Source: Eledone cirrhosa (lineage: Eukaryota). Taken from it: DNA of 64,000 nt. Location: contig OZ024740.1 of the NCBI GenBank assembly GCA_964016885.1, forward strand, positions 52,948,001-53,012,000, written 5' to 3'. Shown piece by piece: positions 36,947 to 50,892 of the stretch. Position numbers and translations under genes: made by a program. The notes below the pieces were generated by a model. It saw nothing but the letters and a program-made list of their open reading frames with translations, had not been told where the DNA came from and did not search any database. Positions within the stretch are counted from its first letter, which is position 1. Every line of letters begins with the position of its first letter.

Positions 36947-37326
36947 TAAAATAAGTAAGTCAAACATGTAAAATTTGGCTTCATTTATTATAAATTCTCT
37001 GCTATATATATTTCGGTGACAGCTATTATTTGCTGTGAACTCTTCAGGCAGTCTGAATTAGTGTGGAAAAGACAGGTACACATGTTGTTGAAGTGTGTTC
37101 CACTCTGTCAATACATCGATATGTCCAGCTCCTGGGTGTGTTGTTAGAAGTGGAACACACTTCACAAGAGTGGAACACACTCCAACAACATGTGTACCTG
37201 TCTTTTCCACACCAATTCGGACTACCTGAAGAGGTCACAACCAACAATAGTAGTGACCGAAATATATATAGCAGAGAATTTATAATAAATGAAGCCAAAT
37301 TTTACATGTTTGACTTACTTATTTTA
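36947..37326. mobile_element. Fold-back cassette (160-bp arms) with an HHR in each arm
   Basis: Arms are 36947-37106 and 37167-37326. The plus HHR at 37222-37274 reads CUAC CUGAAGA GGUCAC..GUGACC GAAA UAUAUA UA GCAG. The minus HHR at 36999-37051 has stem I CUGC/GCAG. Confidence 0.82.
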
Positions 37327-38709
37327 CATTACTCCGGAGTAAACAAACCAACCTGCGTACTTCGTCGAGTGCTCCAATCTGCATACTGAGGTGTCGGTAA
37401 ACAACCATAATATACTCAATATATATATATATATGAAGAAAGAAAGATAGATAGATAGATAGAGAGTGAGAGATAGATAGATAGAGGGAGAGATGTAGAT
37501 AGATAGAGAGAGCGTCATGATTGAAGTATTCATTGGTGTAATTAAGTCCTTTTCGAATCGTAACCCATAGGCATTTGAAGATTTACAATGAAAACCGTAG
37601 TTAGTAACTTGTAATCTTGATTGAAAATTTGTAATGCAGTAATTAGTCTAAAATATTCTGTTGCATGACATATTTCATTTTCATAATAAACGAAAGACAC
37701 ATTGACATGGATGAGAAGTTTAAAGAAAATTTCTCTCTAGTCAAATGCAGGCGGTTTCGTAAATGTATAGTTTAACTACTTTTAAATGTGAGATGATCAG
37801 AAAACTTTCGAGAATGAAATTTCCTCATCATTAATATACACTTATAAAGAAAATATTTTCACCTTGAGAGAAATGGTGTACGTGCAAGTAAAATATCCAG
37901 GTCTGTAATTAATTGGTTGATAATCTAAATGAGAGAAAGTCGGTGGCAGAAGGCCAATATTTCAATGGTTTGGGAATGGGCTGCCATTTTACCTCAAACA
38001 ACATAACTTATGCTATAATTACGAAATTATATGATGTATTCAACTAAACGTTGTAGAATAGAAGTAAAACTGGGACCAGTCAATTCTGGAACTCGATTTC
38101 GATTTTTGTTAGGAATAATTTCACTTACAATCTTAAAAATATAACACACTTTTGTTGTGCCTTTTATAAAAGAAAAAAAAAATGGCCTTGTACAGAAATT
38201 AATATTCTTCCATTTCAGTACTTCTGTCTTTGAATGAAAGATATAGGCACTCAGACAATAAGACGATGCTTCCGTCTCCAGAAAGTAAACCAAGTATTTA
38301 TATAAACATCAAATCTGACATTTTATGCTGAATTAGCTAACATAAACTAATTTCTTGCATGATTCCTACGGAAAGATGCTCAATTTTGTTTAGATGATAT
38401 ACTTATGAAAACCAGTTGGATTGCAGGAGGTAGGTAAATAAAAATGTATATCATATTAATGAAACACATAGTGTTAGCAGAAGTGAAGTAGGTCGAATAC
38501 ATATAAATTATTATCCAAAATGATAATAACATTGTTTCAAAATCGAGATGCATTTATTGAAGAATCTGAAAAAAAATGTATCGATAATTGGCTGCAAACT
38601 AATTACTGAAATGGAAAGAAAAGACGACAGGCATCTATTGAGAATGAGATAATGGTAGCTCTGTCAGCATCATTTATGGTGTTGCTGGGTTTTTGTTTTC
38701 TTTCGTCAC

Positions 38710-38772
<63 letters not shown>

Positions 38773-41760
38773 TGTGTGTGTATGTATGTGTATGATTAGA
38801 AATAGCCATTTTTCTATTGTTCATTCGTCTCGGTGACATTTAATGAGATGATGCCTGTAATTTGTCAAACTCATCAGTCACACGAATATACCTAAGTTGT
38901 AATATTTTGATATGGTAATGACTTCCTTACACAGTTAATTGCCATCCATCTTGCCTTTTTTTTTCTATGTTCTTTTAGTGTTTTGTCACTATACAAATTA
39001 TCCTCTGCTGTTTGTAAAGATGGTTACTTACTCATTCCAACAACATTCTTCTTCTTCTTCTTCTTCTTCTTCTTCTTCTTCTTCTTCTTCTTCTTCTTCT
39101 TCTTCTTCTTCTTCTTCTAGTCCCTCCTTATTAGGCATGTTCTTGCTGTCATTTATATACAGCTTATTGCTATTATGCACAGTTACCAATTAAAATATTA
39201 CTTTAGGCGTTTTTCATTTAAAAGTTGTATTCGCTTATTATTTCTCCGTTATTATTTGTTGATACCGTTGTTGAGAGATCTACAGAGATTTCATTTCTAA
39301 AGTCCTTACTTTGTTTTCTCTTTCCTTCTAACGATCTTTCTTTCTTTCCTTCTTTCTTTATGCCTCACTTTCTTTCTTCCCCACCCTTCTAGATCTGAAC
39401 ATTTATAAGTATTGTTGCTGTTTACACTTATTATCTTCACTTACAACCTTTTTCTCCAATCAATGTTTGCAATTCTATTACTCCCTGACTATTTATTTCT
39501 AAAGGCTTTCTTAGAAGCGAAAAATATAAAAAAAAACAAACAACAACAAAGAAAAATAACTGAAATATGGACATATCAGGTAGTGGCAAACATTCATAGC
39601 AATCTATTTCCCAGTAACATGCAATAAACATTGTGATCGCTCAATTCGTCAATATTTTGCCATAATCACTCTGTAGGCATTTTTGCAGAAATTCCTATTT
39701 AAAAAAATATAATTTGAAATTTTATAATTTTATCTAGTAACAGTGCAAAATCTAATAAGATACTAATTTGAACATGACGACAAAAACCTCATATTGAACA
39801 AAGATATTAAGCATTTAAACTATTTCAAATTAGTATTGATTTCATTTTACTGGTTATTATATTAAACTACTCTCTTAGTTAATTTGGAAGTTGTGATGTG
39901 TATGCTTTTTTTAAAGATTATTAGCGTTATGAATGAAACCAAATGGTATCTACCGAAGATTGAAACTGGGACATCATAATGAATAGTATTTATTTGTAGA
40001 TATCTCAATCATCAACAAACAGTCGATTGATATTTGCATGAACACATATCCTACATATTTATAACGGATTCATTTCATAACAAAGGATAAATTGGACTTC
40101 ATATAGTCGAGTAATCAATGCTTAGATTACTATTAATAAAAAGTGTGTATGTCATACTCTCCTAACCGAGCTCTAGTCTATTCATAAGAGGTTTTTAACC
40201 CGCTACGGAATAACCCTTCAGTTCAGCTAATTGTAAATAGGTTCACCATTGGAAGAGACGAGTTACCACTGCAGTCAGTATTGAGCATATATCAACCGCA
40301 TATTTTGCAAAATGATACACCAGGATATACTGGTTCCTCAACTAGTTGTGTTGAATGGCGTGTTATACGAATACAAAAATGTCTTCGTTCGCTTTGTTTG
40401 TACTTTAGTATGCCAAGGGCTTGTTTATGTTTTTGTTTTTCATTTATCCTTTTTGCAGCTTTGTCGAGGTGTTATATGTAACCATTACCGTTTATATTTT
40501 CTGTGTATATGGTATATTTATGTTGTTGGCTAGTTGCATTTGTTGTTTTCTAGTGTCGTTAATAAGAAGAGGAATGGTGGATTTGGTAAATGCTAATTAA
40601 GTATATATTTTGGAAGCAGGTTATATGAAACTGATGTATGATGCAGTGTATGTATTTTGGAAGGGTAGACTTACTGAATAGGTGAAGGAAACGAGATAGA
40701 ATATTTATGGTATTACTACATTTGGAAAGTTGTAGTTTTTAAAGGTTTCATTACATAACAGTGATGAGACCTGGATCATAGATTGATGATCAGTAGTTTG
40801 TGTTTTATTTCATTAGGTGGTGTTTAGTAATATATATAAGTGGGTAGCGTGTAATGAAGCAAGAAGCTTTGCTGATATTTATGGTAGTGTATTTCACTAA
40901 TTAGTTCCGGAGGGAAGGACAGCGCTCATAACTTTTTATTTTTGTGGACCCACTAAACAGGTGATGGAGGAAGAGGATATTATTTTGCTTGCAATAGAGT
41001 ATAGTACTACCACACAACATTTCGTTCGATGATCCAACGATTCTGCTTATCCACTGCTACGGACGAGTAATTTATTTTATCGACCCAGGAAGGATGAAAT
41101 GCAAAGTTGACTAAGACGAGATTTGAATACTAAGCGTAGAAAACCGGAACATATACCATTCTAATGATATGGTTGCTATTTTCCACAAATCAAGCGATTG
41201 CGTTGAATTTGTGCTGTCAAGGATGAAACTTTCTAAGAGTTCTTAAGATGCACATAGGGTGAAGAGTGTAAAGGGGATGGTTTTTCGTGATGCGACATCA
41301 CTCTGAATTTTGTTGGAATTTAAAATTGGTAATATTTTGTCTAGTTTTCAGATTCTGGACATCTGTTATTGCTTGTGATGGTGAGTGCTATGATGAATTT
41401 ATTTCCTGAGTATTTTTGGTGCATATATGTACCTTTGTTGGATTTCTAATTTTTACATTATAGATTTCTCTGGTGTCTTTCTAATGCCTCGTAAAAGGAA
41501 GTTATCAATATTGTGATGTACGTGGAAGGTGTATATCTTGCGTATCTTGCATTTTTCGAAAAGGGAATTTCGTTGCTGTTGTGGAATGGATATGTTATTT
41601 ATGTGATATGTGATAGGGCATCGCCGTTGCTAATTGTTTTCTACCGCCTGTTACTGCTTTTTTTGTAGTTACTGTTGGAAAAAAATGTTCGCCAGTGTCT
41701 TGCCTTTCCTTGTATTATTTTCCTTGTTATTTTTTTAGCAGATTTTTATTATTTATGTGC

Positions 41761-42100
41761 CTGGTGTTGAGCTGGTGCTGAGCTGGTGCTGAGCTGGTGT
41801 GAAGCTGGTGCTGAGCTGGTGCTGAGCTGGTGCTGAGCTGGTGCTGAGCTAGTGCTGAGCTGGTGCTGAGCTGGTGCTGAGCTGGTGCTGAGCTGGTGCT
41901 GAGCTGGTGCTGAGCTGGTGCTGAGCTGGTGCTGGGCTGGTGCTGAGCTGGTGTTGAGCTGGTGCTGAGCTGGTGCTGAGCTGGTGCTGAGCTGGTGTTG
42001 ATCTGGTGCTGAGCTGGTGCTGAGCTGGCGCTGAGCTGGTGCTGAGCTGGTGTTGAGCTGGTGCTGAGCTGGTGCTGGGCTGGTGCTGAGCTGGTGCTGG
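41761..42100. repeat. 11-bp tandem repeat (CTGGTGCTGAG)n, ~31 copies
   Basis: Read directly from the sequence. Confidence 0.96.
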
Positions 42101-43429
42101 GTTATAAAATATCATTTTGGAAGCATCTAAAATTATATTTTTGAATGTATGTACTGTAATGTATATGGTGTTATTTAGCCCCAAATTACTCTTGGTCAAG
42201 TATACTTATGGCCAAAGGTATTTCAGCTGTGAGCAAACAGCATATTGTATGTCTAGGACTATACAGTCCACTATGTTCTATATTTTGAAGGTGTGATTAA
42301 AGAACATTTGGTTCATTTCTCGCAGGCAGAGCGACTGTATAGAGGTTTTCATATTGGCTCATGCAGTATCTATGTTGATGATGAATATTGTTGAGTTCTG
42401 ATGAGTATTGTCGAACCTTTGTTATATGCATATATTGAAATAGTTTCAGGTAAAATATTTTGACGTTTCTGAGGGTTTTTTGTTTTGTTAATACATATAT
42501 GAACCAATTCTATGTGTATATATGTTGTTATTGTTTATCATAGGTTTGTGGTAGGTAGGTGTGAACCAGAAAGTAATAGCTAGAGAGGAATTAGCTTGGT
42601 TATATTAGAATGTAAATAGTAATAGGTTGTTTAGGATAGAAATGGAGATTAGTTGTGATGCTAATTTGTCTCTTCAAGTGTGAACTTTATTGTTTTTGAA
42701 CTTTATGTGATGTAAACGATGAAGAAGGTTAATGAATCTGTCTGGTTATTCCCATCAAACCACTATCATCTTAGCATATTTAAAACGTTCGTCTATAATT
42801 TTTATAACTATATTAAAATAAACTATAAACCTCTATAGGTATATTTAACAACTTGAAAACAAATTGTCTACATAATTTAAGCTATAATCCTTAACAAGAA
42901 AGATGTGTTACAACAATAATGATGTAGTTACAGTTAGAAACGCTATTTGCTTGTTTCTTTTGATCGGTATTCTCGTATCACGAGACTTACTTAAAAAGAT
43001 CTAACCGGATGTCGCTTCACAGATCCTATCCATTTACATCTTGACTCAGCTTTACTGTAAGTCATTCTCTAACCAGGTATAACTCGTTCACCTCCATTGT
43101 GGCCACCACCATGAATAAATGACTAGAGAGTGTAGAAAAAGCACCATGTCCAGACTTTCAAATTATACCCCATAAATTTATCATTGCATGTAAGTATGTG
43201 CAATATAGTCTTCAGTGTATATTTGAAGTATTGGCTCCACAATTTATTTCGTCGTGGAACCCTTGTATAATTTTCTAAAACTCTTGGTAAACACACCTAT
43301 ATTTTATGTTATTTTCATTATATAGAACGTGAAAATAGTCCAGGACTCTTCAATAGGAGCATCTACTCGAAACTCCTCAACTCTTCAAAGCAACAAGCGA
43401 AACTCTATCTCATAAGGGAGTCCCCACAC

Positions 43430-43612
43430 ACAAGATCAGTCGACACACTAGAAATACTAGCCAAATTTCCTTAAATCACATTCCGCCGTTTAAACTAAGG
43501 AGGACACATTGGACAATGTTTTCTTAGATATACAAAAATACGGGATAGTTACGATTAGAAGGCCTTTGACCATATGGCAGTTCGGCCAAGGCTGAATTGG
43601 AGCTACATAACG
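43430..43612 (-). mobile_element. Old SINE-like interspersed repeat (related pieces at ~4080-4440, ~21230-21300 and ~42170-42350)
   Basis: Shared degenerate motif GTGTGATTT..G.AA.TTGG.T..TATTTCT, preceded by CAAAGG..TT..A.C.GT.AC. Matched by eye only. Confidence 0.45.
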
Positions 43613-44177
43613 AGATGTTAAGTAGGAACGAAGTCATTATTTCGAAAGCCTCCTCCTCATCAACACACGCATACACACAAAACAATACAAATTAATTCTG
43701 ATTCAAAGACAATGTCAGTGGTGAGGATGATGACGATGGTGATGATAATAATGATGATGAAGATGATGATGTTGATTTTCTTGGAAGGGGGAATATTTAG
43801 ATATGTGTATGTTCTCATATAGATTCGCTAATAATGTCTCTTGTGAAAAAAACAAAAAACAAAACAAAAAAAACGAAAACAAAAATCCTAATAATAACGA
43901 ACAACGATTGTTCTGATTGAGAAGCAGCAGTACTCTCCAACACCACTGAATAAACAAGAATATAGAGAAATATATACATTAATGAATATATTAGATATGA
44001 CGAGGACAAAAACATCTTGAACAAAATAATGATTATGATGATAAAACTAAATGACAGAAATGTTCTGAGATAATAATCATTATATTGGATTTTCGACTTT
44101 AGTCGTTGTTGTGTGTAGAAACATTACACGAGTCTAAATACTTTTGAAATACTATGTGATCTCATTACTAGCACAAG

Positions 44178-44690
44178 GGAGGAGGATTAGCAGAATCTTT
44201 AGAGCAGGTATGGACAACCATTTTCGAGAAGCGGGCCCCATGATATATGGCTCATCATCAGGCAGGCCGCAAGCACTAATTTACATTCGTGCCCACATTT
44301 AAAAAAAGGGCGGTAACTCAGGTTGTTTTGATTTATTTCTTCAGAATTCGTACACGTTGTTTTCCTCGATCGTAAAAATGATAGAAAGATAAATTAAGAC
44401 TGAACAGTTTGGGAAAAAATCAGAAAGATTTCACTTAGGTAACATGGGAGAGCCACACAGAAAGCTTCGCGGGCCGCAGGTTCCCATGACAGCTTTAGAG
44501 CATCGGTCAAAATACTTTGTAGTATTTATTTCAGACCTATTTATTTCAGAGATCAAATTCCACTGATGTCAACCTTGCCTTTCATCCTCCTGGGTTCGAT
44601 AAAAGAAAATACAAGTAATATAGTCGATATAACCGACTTTCACTTCCACCAAATTGTTGGCCTTGTAAGTAAACCAGAAACCCTTATTAG
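44178..44690 (+). mobile_element. Diverged SINE interrupted by a hAT MITE
   Basis: The SINE head GGAGGATTAGCAGAATC resumes after 44500 with GATCAAATTCC..GTCAACCTTGCCTTTCATCC. Confidence 0.7.
44205..44492 (-). mobile_element. hAT MITE, same family as 21754-22780, without the expansion
   Basis: The TSD CTTTAGAG is at 44197-44204 and 44493-44500. The TIRs are degenerate, and the body is the reverse complement of the 21754 element. Confidence 0.88.
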
Positions 44691-44877
44691 AGTAACACAG
44701 AGTTTATGTATTTAAATATGTACATGCTTTCTGACATGTACACCAACAACCGTGTACAAAAAATTTGATCCCCATGCACACAAACGCATACGTACGCGCG
44801 CGCGTGCACACACACATACACATAAACACAGGCACACGCACGCTCTCACACACAAACACACACAAACACAGGCACAC

Positions 44878-44910
<33 letters not shown>

Positions 44911-44912
<2 letters not shown>

Positions 44913-45109
44913 GAAAGTGAACAACACAATATACAACTACTCCATTACCAAAGGTTTCAGAAGCCTAGACAATATTAACTTACGTCTAGTTCGCTCATCA
45001 GATAGAGGGGTTATCTATCTGATGAGCGAACTAGACGTATGTCAATATTGACTAGGGTCCTGCAACTTTTGGTAATGGAGTAGTTATATATTGTGTTGTT
45101 TACTTTCTA
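44911..45109. mobile_element. Fold-back cassette with back-to-back HHRs
   Basis: Arms are 44911-45006 and 45014-45109. The minus HHR at 44942-45005 reads CUAU CUGAUGA ..CUAGAC..GUCUAG.. GAAAC CUUUG GUA AUGG. The plus arm has GCAAC in place of GAAAC. Confidence 0.78.
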
Positions 45110-45333
45110 GTTAAATAGCTCTGTTTTATATATAGAGCACTCTTTTTCCTTTGCCTTTTCTTCGGAAATACTTAACACACACACATATATATATTCAGTC
45201 GGGTGTAACCACAGTTAGTAATGTAGAGTGTAAACATTATGTTTAATATAGAAATGGCTTCTCCGGGCCTAGAACAGTTTCATTCACAAGAAATCATCAG
45301 GAAAGCCCCTGATGTTATATATATATATATATA

Positions 45334-46461
45334 TGAAAACAGGGAGAAAGAGACGATTATTAGGAAGAAAAATATTTTTTTTCCCTTTTTATTTCTTTCT
45401 CTCTTTTTTCTGGGTTAGAAAATGACTAAAAGGAAATATTTTACTTTGTGTGAAGTGTTAAGGTATTAGTTGATTTATTTATTAATTAACAATGGCATTT
45501 ATTTATCTATTTATATATTTAATAATTGTCTATTACCAGTTTCAGCATTTTTATGCATTATCAAATGATAGTGATATGTATTGGTGTAGAATGGTGGTGT
45601 TGCACATGTTAAATCACAAATCAAAATACAGGAATACAGAAAGATTGCATTTAGTGAACATATCGCCAATTGTGCACCCAACCAACATCCAAACTTTAAA
45701 ATGTTCCCCATTTACAAATTCATAGACAACGCTATTTTCATTCATCGTACCAATAAGGAAACATATTTCATTAACACATTCCAATCCCTACTTAATGCAC
45801 TAAACTTCGGACCAAACTAAAACTGGAACAAACAATCAAACATTTACAAGAGTTACCTCCCTCACACCCTACCTAATCCCTTTTCTTAAATAAGTTAAAT
45901 ATCCTTCAGCTTGAATTGCCCCCCCCCCCTCCATATTAACTCTCTAAAAAGGGAAATCATATCAAACCCCAGTCCACCATTTGCCTCCATCATGGATCAA
46001 CTAAGAACCCTTGCTATATTAACACATTTTGATCTGCTTAACTTCAAGAACTATGCTTGTAAATAACATTATTTTTTCTTTCACGTTGACTTTTTATGCT
46101 CCACATTACGTCCCTTTTTTTTCTTTTTTCTTTTTTCTTTTTTCTTTTCACTTCATAAACCTTGTTTTAAAAATAACATTATTCTTTCTGCACCATTTCT
46201 TTAAAATGTGCAACACCACCATTCTACACCAATACATATCACTATCATTTGATAATGCATAAAAATGCTGAAACCGGTAATAGACAATTATACCGTTAAT
46301 AGACAACCGGTAATAGACAAATAAATGCCATTGTTAATTAATAAATAAATAAACTAATACCTTAACACTTCACACAAAGTAAAATATTTCTAACCCAGGA
46401 AAAAGAGCGAAAGAAATAAAAAGAGAAAAAAAAAATTTTTCTTCCTAATAATCTGTTTTCA
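45334..46461 (+). mobile_element. 5'-truncated PLE with an inverted pLTR and a U3:A8-type HHR
   Basis: Inverted arms 45334-45613 and 46200-46461. The spacer encodes a GIY-YIG C-terminus-like remnant (RKIAFSEHIANCAPNQHPNFKMFP). The HHR at 46242-46283 reads UUGAUAA U GCAU-AAAA-AUGC U GAAA CCGG UA. Confidence 0.72.
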
Positions 46462-46764
46462 TATATATATATCCTAACTCGTGTGCTTCCTCTCCACATT
46501 TTATTATATATATATATATATATATACAATATTTAGAAACACACAGATACATGCGGACACATACATATACATGAATATATCCACATATATCTTTGAATTA
46601 GTGGTGCCAACCTCTACCGATGTTGCTCTATGAATAACTGGGACAAAATAATCCGAATGGATTAGATTGATTCAGTATCAGAGCTATATAATACATTATG
46701 AAGAGAGAAGAAACATTAGATAGAATTAATAATAAGATATACCATAACCAAATTCCTTCTTTAC

Positions 46765-46856
46765 TCCTCGACTACGTAGTTTCGTGGCATATTATTCAAA
46801 AACACTACATCACAGAGATATAGAATTTTGTGAGGTCTGCCGACTTATCAAGAGGA
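46765..46856 (-). ncRNA. Type I hammerhead with a U3:A8 core, all stems intact
   Basis: UCCUC UUGAUAA GU(C)GGCA...UGCCAC GAAAC UACGUA GUC GAGGA. Stem I is 5 bp, stem III is the palindrome ACUACGUAGU, and the cleavage triplet is GUC. Confidence 0.8.
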
Positions 46857-47020
46857 TACCTCATTAAGAGTTTCAAAACACGTCCGTAGGACGCGAGATA
46901 GAATCCCGAAAGGCGGAGGGGGAGTCAATCACGTGATACAGCGGTCAAGAAACAGAGCTAAGCCTCTTATAACCATGAAAAAATACCACGGAGGCGGTGG
47001 GGGAACTTATATCAAAGCAG

Positions 47021-47063
<43 letters not shown>

Positions 47064-47277
47064 ACTAGAAATTGATTGACATATGATTAAACATATGAAA
47101 CAATCACAGGGGATAATTTATATATTTATATGTCAATCAATTTCTAGTTGATATAAAATGCTCGGATCTACTCATTAGAATCTTGGAGCATATTTTACGG
47201 GTGATATGGCGCATGTCTATCTGACATGACGCCCTTAATTTAATTTGATTTAATTTAATTTAATTCAATTTATCTTA

Positions 47278-47382
<105 letters not shown>

Positions 47383-47483
47383 TAAAGGTTTACATATACA
47401 TAAACATAAAGTTATAGACATATATGTTGCAACCGGTCACGTTGTAGCTCTATGAAGAATTAATAAATTAAATAATCAGAGCA

Positions 47484-48084
47484 ATATATCATAAATCATG
47501 TCCTTAGAATTATTAGATAAAATATATACCATTTCCTCTCCCAATTAGCATAATTAACCATATAAAAAATCAATTAGACCAAGCTATAAGAATAAAGGCT
47601 CTTATGAAGAAATTTCCGACAAATAACCGAAAGCGGCCTCTTCGCGGTGGCCCCAATAGAGTATTTATCCAAAATTTCGACAGCGTGTAGAAACTGACTA
47701 AATATACCATCAACCACACACAATTAGGTGCAAATTCAAAGTTAGAAGAAATGTGTACATAGCGTAATTATATCTCTACCACGGTTTCATCCGTATTTTT
47801 AGACATCCAATTAATAGGATATGTCTGGAGTATCGGATTCATCAGGAGACAAACTCCAAATTAGATATTTAGTTTTCCAAAGTGATCGCGCCAACATTAG
47901 ATTAAAAAATGGCTAAGAATCGTGACGTGGCAGTGGTCAAGTTAGAAAGAATGTGATTAGTTGCTTACGGCGGGTAGGCTTTATTCTTATAGCTTGGTTT
48001 AATTGATTTTTTATATGGTTAATTATGCTAATTGGGAGAGGAAATGGAATATATTTTATCTAATAATTCTAAGGGCATGATTTA

Positions 48085-48092
<8 letters not shown>
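47484..48092. mobile_element. Cassette with 114-bp inverted ends and an internal HHR
   Basis: Arms are 47484-47597 and 47979-48092. A related end sequence occurs at ~9060-9172. Confidence 0.78.
47773..47849 (-). ncRNA. Type I hammerhead with a long stem II
   Basis: UCUC CUGAUGA AUCCG..AGACAU..AUGUCU..CGGAU GAAAC CGUG GUA GAGA. Confidence 0.85.
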
Positions 48093-48149
<57 letters not shown>

Positions 48150-48384
48150 GACGGTTGGAGGGTCACTGATGAAGGACCCACTTTTTCATATGCACCACCA
48201 TTTGCAACGGGCAGCCATCATTATTATCATATTTACACATATATTATATATATATATATATATATGATGATATATACAATATATATACAATACTTTATAT
48301 GTTAGCAAATTAAGCTCGCTAACTATGCATTGAGTGAAGGACTCATATAAAGTTTGTGTGTGTGTGTGTTTGTGTGTACATATG

Positions 48385-48419
<35 letters not shown>

Positions 48420-48949
48420 ATATTAACATATATTTACATCAATATATTTACATATTTGTAGAAATATATGCACATATTACACACGCACACACACACACAG
48501 ACACACATATACATGGGAATAATGACAAGGACTAACATAGCTGTAATCTTGACTTTCCAAATATATTGTCGACAACAGAATCAGTCGTGGTTGTATACGT
48601 GTTATTCTTGTTGTTGTTACTACTGGCGTTAGAGGTGTGGTGTCGGCAAATTTAATTATAATTTTTATTGACGTTCAAGAAATATCAAGATATATTTCTC
48701 TTTTTTTGTCTTTTCATGGAATATAAGAACGACATTGAGAAGCTAAATAAGTACAAATGCTGTAGAAATGTCTCCGAGATAAAATAAGGAACAAAGTAAA
48801 AAGATTGAAAAAAAAAATATCAAAAGCCAGAAAAAAAAAAAAAAAATCACTGAGAGGTAGGATTTTGGTTAGAATCTATTTGTTTCTATTCAAAGTAACC
48901 AGCTAACAATCATTAAATGAAAGAAACAAAAAAAAAAAGCTATGCATCG

Positions 48950-50325
<1,376 letters not shown>

Positions 50326-50599
50326 TCATACACCTATGCATAAACAAAATGTATTGCTGCAATATGCTAACTTTTCATCTTCATCATCGCTAAGACAATT
50401 ACTGCCCCCTTCCTCATCATAACCTTCACTCTACCTTGTCTCCAACTCCCCCTTCTTGTTATTGCGTTTGTTATTGTTGTTAATATTAATAACATAATTT
50501 TGCGTATCATAATCGTCTTTGTCAACGTGGGACTCCTCATCCTCCACATCCTGCTACTAGTACTACTAGCCCTCACCACTACCACCACCACCACTACCA

Positions 50600-50636
<37 letters not shown>

Positions 50637-50764
50637 CGTACCTCACTATGCCTTGTGTGAAGGTTTTCAATATATTTTTCAATATATTTCTGTACTGTGC
50701 TCAATATCTTGGCCCCTCTTGGCCAATAGATCAACAAAAACGACGACAACAACAACAATAATAA

Positions 50765-50892
50765 TAATGATTTCTATTATAGGCACAAGGCCAGATATTT
50801 GGGGGGAGGGGAAGTTGATTAAATCGACCTCAGTGCATTACTGGTACTTTTATCGACCCCGTAAGGATGAAAGGCAAAATTAACCGCGGCGG
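50765..50892 (-). mobile_element. SINE 3' fragment, major family
   Basis: GGCACAAGGCCAG..CTGGTACTTTTATCGACCCCGTAAGGATGAAAGGCAAA. Confidence 0.8.

Noticed and set aside
37600-38690. piggyBac-like transposase relic on the minus strand
   Set aside because: Only a vague resemblance by eye, with no clear catalytic motifs or TTAA-flanked TIRs.
38800-44170. Host exons in the long unique AT-rich stretch
   Set aside because: No ORF with recognisable protein features. Small exons cannot be excluded without RNA-seq.
45265-45309. Additional HHR-like strings (also ~10510-10540, ~38840-38880, ~48166, ~58244)
   Set aside because: The core is partly present, but stems or GAAA/UH are missing, so they cannot be told from decay or chance.
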